This document shows positions 55,938 through 64,000 of a stretch of DNA of 64,000 nt, in pieces. The notes beneath the pieces were generated by a model that saw only the letters and a list, made by a program, of their open reading frames with translations, ran no database searches and was not told the origin of the DNA. A program made the translations under genes and the position numbers. The stretch lies in the IMG/VR virus record IMGVR_UViG_3300000117_000007; one strand, written 5' to 3'. Position 1 is the first letter of the stretch. Every line of letters begins with the position of its first letter. The stretch is from a virus.

Positions 55938-56263
55938 GTGAAATTGTAGACGATAAAGTAAACGTTATCCCAAGACATCAAAACGATCCTACGTTGTCGT
56001 TGCATCAAATGGAACAGTTAACTAGAAGTATGATTCATGGTTATTTAGAAGGTAATGTTGTAAATGACGATGATACATGGATGTCCATTTGTCAACTTCT
56101 ACAAGAGATTGACGATCACTATGCAACTGAACTTGCACAAGAGAGAGCAGACTTGCTTAGTTTATTGGGAAGGTGGAACAGAAGTTATCAGTACAAACCT
56201 TGTCCAGTCAATGTGAAAGAAGTAGAAGGTGTATTACCTGAAGGAGTAGAAGGACTTAAATAA
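55934..56263 (+). CDS. hypothetical protein
   Basis: GAGG RBS; ATGA coupling. Confidence 0.6.
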   Translation: MSEIVDDKVNVIPRHQNDPTLSLHQMEQLTRSMIHGYLEGNVVNDDDTWMSICQLLQEIDDHYATELAQERADLLSLLGRWNRSYQYKPCPVNVKEVEGVLPEGVEGLK

Positions 56264-56502
56264 TGAAAGATATGACAAATGAAATTCTGAAATCAGTAGT
56301 AGCACATGCTGATGGTCAGATCGCAAAACACAAAACCAATGTGCTAGTTCAATGTAAGAACTCAGTAGGTGTTGCTGAACACGGCGACCATGTTGAGACT
56401 ATCCAACAAGAAATGGAAAAGATTGCACACTATGAAGATATCAAAGATGTAGTAGCAAAACATTTCTCAGAATATACCGAAAAAACACTATTAAAAGACT
56501 AG
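56263..56502 (+). CDS. conserved hypothetical protein
   Basis: VGVAEH.D.VETI..EMEKIA.YED motif; TAATG coupling. Confidence 0.65.
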   Translation: MKDMTNEILKSVVAHADGQIAKHKTNVLVQCKNSVGVAEHGDHVETIQQEMEKIAHYEDIKDVVAKHFSEYTEKTLLKD

Positions 56503-56523
56503 TCTTTCTGTTATACTAACAGT

Positions 56524-59040
56524 ATGGATTTTTATACAAATGTGTGTCGTACACGTGACAAGATTTTGGTCACGGGTTATCAAGGAAACAAGAAACAGAA
56601 ACTTACGGTCAACTATCGACCGAAGCATTTCATTCCCTCAAAGAAAGGTCAAACACCTTATCGTTCACTAGATGGCAGATACTTAGAAGTTGTTGAACTC
56701 AACTCTATGGGTGGTGCTAGAAAGTTTAGAGAGCAGTACGATGGTGTTCAAGGGTTTGAGATACATGGTTATGATAGATATGTTTACACCTATATCTCAG
56801 ACAAGTTTCAAGGCGAGATCGACTGGGACTTCAATAAGATTAGAATCGCAACACTCGATATAGAATGTGAATGTGAGAATGGATTTCCAGATCCAATGTT
56901 AGCAGGTGAAAGAGTTAATGCTATCTCAATTAAACCATTCAAAAAAGAAACAGTAGTTTTTGGTATTGGTCCATGGAATCATGACAATCCTAAAGTAATC
57001 TATATCGATTGTAAGAATGAAGCAGACTTACTTACTCAGTTCATAAAGTATTGGCGTAGTCAGAACTTTGATGTTATCACAGGTTGGAATGTAGACTCAT
57101 TCGATATCACATACCTTTGTAATAGAATCGATAGACTTTTTGGTGAGAATGAACATAGAAAACTATCACCATGGAATCAATCAAGTAGTAGAGAGTTTAC
57201 AGCATTTGGTTATCAGAAACAACAAGTGTATGATTTACTTGGTATCAATGTTGTTGACTACCTCGAACTGTATCGTAAAAGAACTTTCTCAAACCAAGAG
57301 TCGTATAAACTCGATCACATTTCACAAGTAGAACTTGGCAAAGGTAAGATAGATTACTCAGAGTATGGTTCACTTCATACATTATATAAGAACGACTATG
57401 CAAAGTTCTTAGAGTATAATGTACGTGATGTTGTTCTCGTAGAAGAACTAGACGACAAACTAGGTTTCTTAGAACTTATTATGTCTCAGGCATATACTGC
57501 CAAATGTAACTACAAAGATACATTTGGTATGGTGAAGTACTGGGAAACTATCATCTATAATTTCTTAAAAGACCAAGGTATACAAACCCCACCACAAAGA
57601 TTGAAAACTGGCAATGATAAAACTAAACCTATCATTGGTGCATATGTAAAAGAACCTCAAGTTGGTGGTCATAATTGGGTTATGTCTTTTGACTTGAACT
57701 CACTATATCCACATTTGATTATGCAATACAATATCTCACCTGAGAAGATTGTGCCTGGTCATAGAGAAACAACAAACATTCAGAAGTTACTTGATAAACA
57801 AACAGACACATCATACTGTAAGCAAACAAATACAACGATAGCACCTAATGGTGTTCTATTCTCACGTGAGAAACAAGGTATGTTCCCAGAACTTATGGAA
57901 ACATTCTATGAAGAACGTAAAGAATGGAAAAAGAAAATGATTGTGTTTCAAAAAGAAAAAGAAACATGCACTGATCCAAAACGTAAGAGAGAACTTGATA
58001 CACTTATCAAACGTGCATATAACAATCAGCAAGTTCGTAAGATTGCATTGAACTCTGCCTATGGTGCAATGGCAAATCAATACTTCGCATTCTTTTCTAT
58101 CGATCTTGCAGAAGCAATTACTATGTCTGGTCAGTTAGTCATTAAGTGGGCAGAGAGAACTGTTAATGATTATCTTAACAAGATTCTTAAAACTGATAAC
58201 GAAGACTATGTGATTGCAATGGACACTGATTCAGTTTACATTACAATGGATAAACTTGTACAAGCAGTTATGCCTGATGAACAAGATAAGAATAAGATTG
58301 TAGACTTTCTATCTAAAGCAGAGAAGCAGGTAGAGAATGCACTTGCTGATGGTTTCAAAGAGTTAGCAGATTATACAAATGCATTTCAAAACAAAATGGA
58401 AATGGGTAGAGAAGTGATTGCAGATCGTGGTATATGGACTGCAAAGAAAAGATACATTCTAAATGTATTTGACAATGAGGGTGTTAGACTAGCAAAACCA
58501 AAACTCAAAATGATGGGTATTGAAACTGCTAAGTCGTCAACACCACAATGGGTAAGAACCAAACTTACTGAAGCATTCAATGTTATCATGACTCAGACAG
58601 AGCAAGACTTGTGGCAGTTTGTAGAGAAAGCACGAAAAGAATTTAGAGAGTTACCACCCGAGACTGTAGCATTCCCTAGAGGGTGTAGGGGTCTAGGTCA
58701 ATACAAAGACAACACTACAATCTATGCAAAGGGTACACCAATTCATGTTCGAGGTTCGTTATTATATAATCATTTGTTAGAATCCAAGAACCTCGACATG
58801 AGGTATGAAACAATCAAAAATGGTGAGAAGATTCTGTTTACTTATCTAACTACACCTAATCCAATCAATGAGAATGTTATTAGTTTTATGAATTCTTTAC
58901 CCAGAGAGTTTGATTTACATAGATTCGTAGATTATGATATGCAGTTCGACAAATCATTTGTAGAACCTTTGAAGACTGTAGTTAATCTGATTAATTGGAA
59001 TGTAGAACCAGTTGCATCATTAGATAGTTTTTTTGCATAA
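56524..59040 (+). CDS. gp43: DNA polymerase gp43 (family B)
   Basis: LDIE, GWN...FD, SFDLNSLYPH, KIALNSAYG, DTDS and KKRY. Confidence 0.98.
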   Translation: MDFYTNVCRTRDKILVTGYQGNKKQKLTVNYRPKHFIPSKKGQTPYRSLDGRYLEVVELNSMGGARKFREQYDGVQGFEIHGYDRYVYTYISDKFQGEIDWDFNKIRIATLDIECECENGFPDPMLAGERVNAISIKPFKKETVVFGIGPWNHDNPKVIYIDCKNEADLLTQFIKYWRSQNFDVITGWNVDSFDITYLCNRIDRLFGENEHRKLSPWNQSSSREFTAFGYQKQQVYDLLGINVVDYLELYRKRTFSNQESYKLDHISQVELGKGKIDYSEYGSLHTLYKNDYAKFLEYNVRDVVLVEELDDKLGFLELIMSQAYTAKCNYKDTFGMVKYWETIIYNFLKDQGIQTPPQRLKTGNDKTKPIIGAYVKEPQVGGHNWVMSFDLNSLYPHLIMQYNISPEKIVPGHRETTNIQKLLDKQTDTSYCKQTNTTIAPNGVLFSREKQGMFPELMETFYEERKEWKKKMIVFQKEKETCTDPKRKRELDTLIKRAYNNQQVRKIALNSAYGAMANQYFAFFSIDLAEAITMSGQLVIKWAERTVNDYLNKILKTDNEDYVIAMDTDSVYITMDKLVQAVMPDEQDKNKIVDFLSKAEKQVENALADGFKELADYTNAFQNKMEMGREVIADRGIWTAKKRYILNVFDNEGVRLAKPKLKMMGIETAKSSTPQWVRTKLTEAFNVIMTQTEQDLWQFVEKARKEFRELPPETVAFPRGCRGLGQYKDNTTIYAKGTPIHVRGSLLYNHLLESKNLDMRYETIKNGEKILFTYLTTPNPINENVISFMNSLPREFDLHRFVDYDMQFDKSFVEPLKTVVNLINWNVEPVASLDSFFA

Positions 59041-59097
59041 ATACAGTGGGGATAGATTTTTATCTATCAGTTTAGAACTTCTATTTAGGAGTCAGCA

Positions 59098-59370
59098 ATG
59101 AATAATTTAATGTATTCATTACTATTTTGTGTATTCTTACTTCCTTCATGTGCCTCAGTTGGTGCCGTAATTGAAGGCGGAAAAGAATTCTCAACTGGCG
59201 TTGTAGACGGTGCCGTTAAAGGTACTCAAACAGTTGTAAACGCCGTTGCAGATGATGTAGTCTCAGTTGGTACTCTAGTCGCAGATACTACTACAGGTGT
59301 TATAGACACTGTAGCAGATGAAGTCGATAGACAAACTAATGAACTACAGGAACAACCTGAAAAAAAGTAG
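59098..59370 (+). CDS. small lipoprotein (possible frameshift extension to 59471)
   Basis: AGGAG RBS; lipobox LPSC; amphipathic V/D/T repeats. Confidence 0.7.
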   Translation: MNNLMYSLLFCVFLLPSCASVGAVIEGGKEFSTGVVDGAVKGTQTVVNAVADDVVSVGTLVADTTTGVIDTVADEVDRQTNELQEQPEKK

Positions 59371-59456
59371 ACGAGGTCATTTCGACCACAATGCTTTTAG
59401 AAGCAATGATGTTATATTGCTCAGAGTTTCCACAAAAATGTAAGGCAACAGTTAGA

Positions 59457-59480
59457 CAAGGGGACAAATGAGTCCCCTTG
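59457..59480 (+). terminator. stem-loop / possible terminator
   Basis: CAAGGGGAC-aaatga-GTCCCCTTG; lacks a clear U-tract. Confidence 0.45.
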
Positions 59481-59483
59481 CAT

Positions 59484-59491
59484 TATAAATA
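59484..59491 (+). promoter_or_regulatory. T4-type late promoter
   Basis: TATAAATA before the nuclease gene. Confidence 0.65.
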
Positions 59492-59502
59492 AATAAAACA
59501 TT

Positions 59503-59943
59503 ATGTATGAATATAACGTAAAAGTAGTTAAGATAGTTGACGGTGATACAGTAGACGTAGACATCGATCTCGGTTTTGGTATGACTTATAAAAAGCAAAG
59601 AGTTAGAATGAAAGGTATTGATACACCAGAATCCAGAACTAGAGACTTAGTAGAAAAGAAATTCGGAAAGGCATCAAAGAAACATCTAAAAGAAATGTTA
59701 GGTGCTTGTGAAAAAATCACACTTGTATCACATGACAAAGGCAAGTTCGGAAGAATCTTAGGTGACTTATATTGTTGGGACAATGTCGGACATCCAACAT
59801 ACGAAACAAAGTTTTGTGCCAATGCACAAATGATTGAAGATAATCATGCAGTTCCATACGATGGGCAATCCAAAGAAGACATAGCAAACAATCATCTTAC
59901 GAATAGAGATATTCTTTTAGAGAAAGGTGTAGTAGAGTTATGA
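59503..59943 (+). CDS. thermonuclease (SNase-like) family protein
   Basis: IVDGDTVD, RVRMKGIDTPE and GKFGRILG. Confidence 0.88.
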   Translation: MYEYNVKVVKIVDGDTVDVDIDLGFGMTYKKQRVRMKGIDTPESRTRDLVEKKFGKASKKHLKEMLGACEKITLVSHDKGKFGRILGDLYCWDNVGHPTYETKFCANAQMIEDNHAVPYDGQSKEDIANNHLTNRDILLEKGVVEL

Positions 59944-60122
59944 TGATTACAGGCATGGACATATTTTACATATGTATGATCTGTGTCATTTTCGGTTTCA
60001 TAGTTCATATTGAAACTCAATTAAAAATTTTATCAGAAATGATGAAAGAACACACAATGTATCGTACACGTTTGTGCGATAAAACATTTGAAGATAATCC
60101 AGAAAAAACACTAGACAAATAA
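59940..60122 (+). CDS. small membrane protein
   Basis: N-terminal TM helix; ATGA coupling. Confidence 0.5.
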   Translation: MMITGMDIFYICMICVIFGFIVHIETQLKILSEMMKEHTMYRTRLCDKTFEDNPEKTLDK

Positions 60123-60158
60123 CTCACTACATAGTATACTGAATATACATTATGAGAG

Positions 60159-61217
60159 GTGAATATGTCATTTATTAAAGACTTAGTAAAAGCATCAGGT
60201 AACGAGTTTGCGAACATCGTTGCAGATGGTGTTCAAGCAGGTGATGTTGACTCATTCGTCGATTCGGGTAGTTACATCTTTAATGCTTTATTATCGGGTT
60301 CACTATATGGTGGACTTCCAAAAAACAAAATTACTGCAATCGCAGGTGAATCAGCAACTGGTAAAACATTCTTTGCATTAGGAATGGTTAAACAGTTTCT
60401 TGCTGATAATCCAGATTCAGCAGTAATTTATTTCGAATCTGAATCTGCAATCACAAAAGAAATGATTGAAGAAAGAGGTATCGATTCAAACAGAATTGTT
60501 ATTGTGCCCGTGGTAACAGTTCAAGAATTCAGAACACAGGCAATATCCATACTTGATAAGTATCTTGAAACAGACGAGTCAAAACGTCCACCAATGATGT
60601 TTTGTTTAGATTCTCTTGGCATGTTATCTACTACCAAAGAGATCGAAGACACAGCAGATGGTAAAGAAACTAGAGACATGACTCGTTCCCAATTAGTTAA
60701 AGGTGCTTTCAGAGTTCTTACACTTAAACTCGGTAGAGCAGGTGTTCCAATGATTGTAACAAATCATACTTACGATGTAATTGGTTCAATGTTCCCACAG
60801 AAAGAAATGGGTGGAGGGTCTGGTCTTAAGTACGCCGCATCTTCAATCGTATATCTTTCAAAGAAAAAAGAAAAAGAGGGTAGTGAAGTTGTAGGAAATA
60901 TTATACACTGTAAGAATGCAAAATCAAGATTGACTGTAGAGAACAGAATCGTCGATGTCAGATTATCATATGATAAAGGACTCGACAGATACTATGGTTT
61001 ACTAGACTTAGCACTTGCATCAGGTGTATTTGAGAAAGCATCAACAAGAGTTAAATTACCTAATGGTAAAACAGAATTTGGGAAAACTATCAACAACAAC
61101 CCAGAAAAATACTTCACAGAAGATGTGATGGAACAATTAGAAAAGGTAGTACAAGAATATTTTAAATATGGAAACAAGACTAGAACAAACAATACTGAAG
61201 AATCTGATTCAGAATGA
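60159..61217 (+). CDS. uvsX: recombinase UvsX (RecA-like)
   Basis: [23 protein letters not shown] and [12 protein letters not shown]. Confidence 0.96.
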   Translation: MNMSFIKDLVKASGNEFANIVADGVQAGDVDSFVDSGSYIFNALLSGSLYGGLPKNKITAIAGESATGKTFFALGMVKQFLADNPDSAVIYFESESAITKEMIEERGIDSNRIVIVPVVTVQEFRTQAISILDKYLETDESKRPPMMFCLDSLGMLSTTKEIEDTADGKETRDMTRSQLVKGAFRVLTLKLGRAGVPMIVTNHTYDVIGSMFPQKEMGGGSGLKYAASSIVYLSKKKEKEGSEVVGNIIHCKNAKSRLTVENRIVDVRLSYDKGLDRYYGLLDLALASGVFEKASTRVKLPNGKTEFGKTINNNPEKYFTEDVMEQLEKVVQEYFKYGNKTRTNNTEESDSE

Positions 61218-62553
61218 ATCTTTCACAAGAAAGGTCATTCCATTTCTTAGGTCAGAGTATTTCACCGACTCTTCTGAGCAGTTAGTTTTCAAACTGGCCT
61301 CAGAATATTTCGATAAGTATACAAAAAATCCAACAGCAGAAGCACTTCTCATTAATCTTGACAACATAACCTCAGTCAATGAGAAAGTTGTACAAGAGTC
61401 AAAACTACTGTTAGATAACTTAAAGAAAAATACAGAAGAGTCCGCATTTGAGTGGATAGTTGATGAGACGGAACAGTGGTGCAAAGATAGAGCAATCTAT
61501 ATTGCAGTCATGGACTCCATCGAAGTTCTCGATAAAAAGTCTCAGAGATCAACAGGTGAAATACCAGACCTTCTTAAAGATGCCCTTGCAGTATCATTTG
61601 ATTCACATATCGGTCATGATGTCATAGAAGATTATGAAGATCGATTTGAATTCTATAACAAAGAAGAAGAAAAGATTCCATTTGATTTAGAATACTTCAA
61701 CAAGATTACTAAAGGTGGTTTGCCAAACAAGACTTTAAATATTTGTCTTGCTGGTACTGGTGTTGGTAAATCTATGTTCATGTGTCACCAAGCATCATCA
61801 TGTTTAATGATGGGTAAGAACGTTCTATACTTGACTATGGAAATGTCAGAAGAGAAGATTGCAGAACGTATCGATGCAAATACATTGAACATACCAATTA
61901 AAGAAATACCAGATCTATCTAAGAAACAATTTGAAACAAAGATACAACGTCTTAAGAATAAGACAACAGGTAAATTGATTGTCAAAGAATACCCTACTGC
62001 TTCAGCACATGTAGGGCATTTCAGACATCTATTACAAGAACTTGATATCAAAAAAGATTTTCGACCTGATATCATCTTCATAGATTATCTAAACATTTGT
62101 GCATCACACCGAATCAAACCAGGTGCTGGTGCAAACTCTTACACATTAGTAAAGAGTATTGCTGAAGAATTACGTGGTCTTGCAGTTGAGTTCGATGTAC
62201 CAATCGTAAGTGCAACTCAGACTACAAGAAGTGGTTATGGTTCATCTGATATTGGACTAGAAGACACTTCAGAAAGTTTTGGTTTACCAGCAACTGCTGA
62301 TCTTATGTTCGCATTGATTACAAGTGATGAACTAGAAGAGTTAGATCAGATGGTGGTAAAACAATTAAAGAATCGATACAATGATCCAACAATCTTTAAA
62401 AGATTTGTAATTGGTGTTGATCGATCACGAATGAAGTTCTATGATGTAGAACAAGAAGCACAAGAAGAACTTGTAGACAGTGCGGATCAATATGATGATT
62501 CTATACCTGTTGCTGATAGAGGAAGATCAAAATTCTCAGACTTTAAAATTTAA
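61168..62553 (+). CDS. gp41: replicative DNA helicase gp41
   Basis: [36 protein letters not shown] and QLKNRY. Confidence 0.97.
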   Translation: METRLEQTILKNLIQNESFTRKVIPFLRSEYFTDSSEQLVFKLASEYFDKYTKNPTAEALLINLDNITSVNEKVVQESKLLLDNLKKNTEESAFEWIVDETEQWCKDRAIYIAVMDSIEVLDKKSQRSTGEIPDLLKDALAVSFDSHIGHDVIEDYEDRFEFYNKEEEKIPFDLEYFNKITKGGLPNKTLNICLAGTGVGKSMFMCHQASSCLMMGKNVLYLTMEMSEEKIAERIDANTLNIPIKEIPDLSKKQFETKIQRLKNKTTGKLIVKEYPTASAHVGHFRHLLQELDIKKDFRPDIIFIDYLNICASHRIKPGAGANSYTLVKSIAEELRGLAVEFDVPIVSATQTTRSGYGSSDIGLEDTSESFGLPATADLMFALITSDELEELDQMVVKQLKNRYNDPTIFKRFVIGVDRSRMKFYDVEQEAQEELVDSADQYDDSIPVADRGRSKFSDFKI

Positions 62554-62563
62554 CAATTTAATT

Positions 62564-62639
62564 GTCCCTGTGGTGAAACAGGATATCACAGTAGTCTTCT
62601 AAACTTCTATTCTAGGTTCGAGTCCTAGCAGGGACGCCA
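62564..62639 (+). tRNA. tRNA-Arg(TCT)
   Basis: GTCCCTG/CAGGGAC acceptor stem, CTTCTAA anticodon loop, GGTTCGAGTCC T-arm and encoded CCA. Confidence 0.9.
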
Positions 62640-62643
62640 ATTT

Positions 62644-62844
62644 ATGAGGCAAAAAATGAAACCTGATATGACAGACCTAATTGAATACATTCATGTACAG
62701 AAAAAAGTTATTTTAAGGAAATTACAAGGCCATACAACAGTCAAAGATATACCAGATCATATTAGAGGACAGTTATATGGTGAACTTGCAGGATATAATA
62801 AAGTTTTGAAAAAGATAGAACAGGAGAGGTGGCAGAGTGGTTGA
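62644..62844 (+). CDS. hypothetical protein between the tRNAs
   Basis: 66-aa ORF whose stop lies inside tRNA-Ser. Confidence 0.45.
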   Translation: MRQKMKPDMTDLIEYIHVQKKVILRKLQGHTTVKDIPDHIRGQLYGELAGYNKVLKKIEQERWQSG

Positions 62845-62912
62845 ACGCACTGGTCTTGAAAACCAGCATACGAGAGATCGTATCGAGGGTTCGAATCCCT
62901 CCCTCTCCGCCA
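62823..62912 (+). tRNA. tRNA-Ser(TGA)
   Basis: GGAGAGG/CCTCTCC acceptor stem, CTGGT-CTTGAAA-ACCAG anticodon arm, long variable arm, GGTTCGAATCC and CCA. Confidence 0.95.
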
Positions 62913-63454
62913 GACTTTACAAATTAAAAAGTGTTGAAGAACATCATGATATCTTGGGTAGACACGTTGATAACTTGATGAAATTCTATGCACCCTATTT
63001 TAAAGATTCAGACAATGACTTCAAGGGTTCTACAGCACATTATATGAAGTATAATGCAATCACACTCTTAAGAGGTCTACCACATTATAACGTAGTATTC
63101 GATGAACTCTTATCAATCATATGTGAGTACTATGAGGGTGATTCAGAAACAATCTTTGTAAAAGCATGGATTAATTATCACTCAGAAGATGAACTACTAG
63201 ACTGGCATGATCACCAGTCTTTATTTCATGGGTATCTCAGTATAAGACCACACGATACTGTAACTGAATTCAAAGATGGAAAAATAGAGAATGAAGTCGG
63301 TAGCATGTATATAGGTCCAGGCAATCTTAAACATAGAGTCGTATCAAACACGAAGTTTACAGAGAAAAGAATCACAATTGCATTTGATGTAAACGATAAA
63401 ATAGAAGAACTATCTAATCCCTTCATTCAAGTTCCAATACTAAAAACCCTCTAG
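62837..63454 (+). CDS. putative 2OG-Fe(II) oxygenase (start uncertain; alternative ATG 62978)
   Basis: WINY...WHDH...HGY...HRV...RITIAFD; paralog of 11218-11781. Confidence 0.65.
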   Translation: MVERTGLENQHTRDRIEGSNPSLSARLYKLKSVEEHHDILGRHVDNLMKFYAPYFKDSDNDFKGSTAHYMKYNAITLLRGLPHYNVVFDELLSIICEYYEGDSETIFVKAWINYHSEDELLDWHDHQSLFHGYLSIRPHDTVTEFKDGKIENEVGSMYIGPGNLKHRVVSNTKFTEKRITIAFDVNDKIEELSNPFIQVPILKTL

Positions 63455-63487
63455 ACAACATACTCATTATTATTGTATAATGTTCGT

Positions 63488-64000
63488 ATGAGAAATGCTA
63501 TATTGATATCTGGTGTCATGCTACTTACAGCATGTGGTGGTGGGGGTTCAGTAACTCCTCTTGCACTAGAGATTCAAACAATTACACCACCCGTACAAAC
63601 GTCAACAAATATTGGTACAACTAAAGTAATCGATGGTTATGTTAGTGGTGCTAACGTCTTCGTTGATATGAATTGGAATCTAACTAAAGATCCTGGTGAA
63701 CCCTATGCTTACGAAGACACTGTAAACGAAATTTATTATTGGGAGTCTGACCAGTTTTCTGAGATAGATAACTTTACTTCAAGTTGCTTTTATAATAGAC
63801 CTAGAATCGCAGAGGTTCCCGTAGGTGCTTATGATTCAGATAGAGGGTACGTAGAGAATGCATATACTATGATGTATTATCCTTACGAATACGACTCAGA
63901 AGTTGAACAAGCAAACGTTACACCATTCACAAGTCTGTTTGCATCATTCGTTACAGATTATACAACAGGCAATAACATATCAGTTAGTGATTCGTGTGGT
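63488..64000 (+). CDS. lipoprotein, 3' truncated by window
   Basis: MRNAILISGVMLLTACGGGG lipobox; VIDGYVSGANVFVDMNWN...DPGEP motif; TAGACA-N17-TGTATAAT promoter upstream. Confidence 0.75.
   Translation, partial: MRNAILISGVMLLTACGGGGSVTPLALEIQTITPPVQTSTNIGTTKVIDGYVSGANVFVDMNWNLTKDPGEPYAYEDTVNEIYYWESDQFSEIDNFTSSCFYNRPRIAEVPVGAYDSDRGYVENAYTMMYYPYEYDSEVEQANVTPFTSLFASFVTDYTTGNNISVSDSCG

Noticed and set aside
56524-62553. Introns or inteins in gp43, uvsX and gp41 (also gp17)
   Set aside because: The ORFs are continuous and of normal length, with no intein or homing-endonuclease motifs seen.
201-63426. Numerous short minus-strand ORFs in the track
   Set aside because: All lie antisense to well-supported + strand genes and show no recognisable motifs.

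Overview
This 64 kb AT-rich window is part of a T4-like (Tevenvirinae/Kyanoviridae-type) myovirus genome, most likely of an aquatic heterotrophic bacterium; the host is inferred only from gene style. Essentially all credible genes are on the + strand. In order it contains: tail-fibre/virion accessory genes; two adjacent highly repetitive fibre-like proteins followed by a glycosyltransferase, a probable fibre chaperone and a 2OG-Fe(II) oxygenase cluster; the neck-terminase-tail-head block (gp13-gp23) with a PRMT-like methyltransferase between the terminase subunits; gp3, uvsY, uvsW, gp55, gp47/46 and def; an early vWA/MoxR-AAA module; gp45/44/62 and regA; a late-promoter cassette with curli csgF/csgG, two curlin-like proteins, a FecR-domain protein, iscU and a CHASE2 adenylate cyclase; then hsp20, peroxiredoxin, lysozyme, gp43, uvsX, gp41 and two tRNAs. 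The top observation is that the two repeat proteins (4916-6673 and 6693-8315) are module-by-module mirror complements: protein A read N-to-C matches protein B read C-to-N through fixed module pairs, which suggests an antiparallel heterodimeric fibre with a protein-level pairing code and its own modification enzymes. Other highlights are the curli-FecR-adenylate cyclase signalling cassette, a compact phage PRMT, a dnaX-like -1 frameshift in a lipoprotein, a tRNA-Ser overlapped by CDSs at both ends, a large structured RNA upstream of hsp20, and widespread apparently leaderless genes. All product calls come from motif recognition by eye; no database searches were run.
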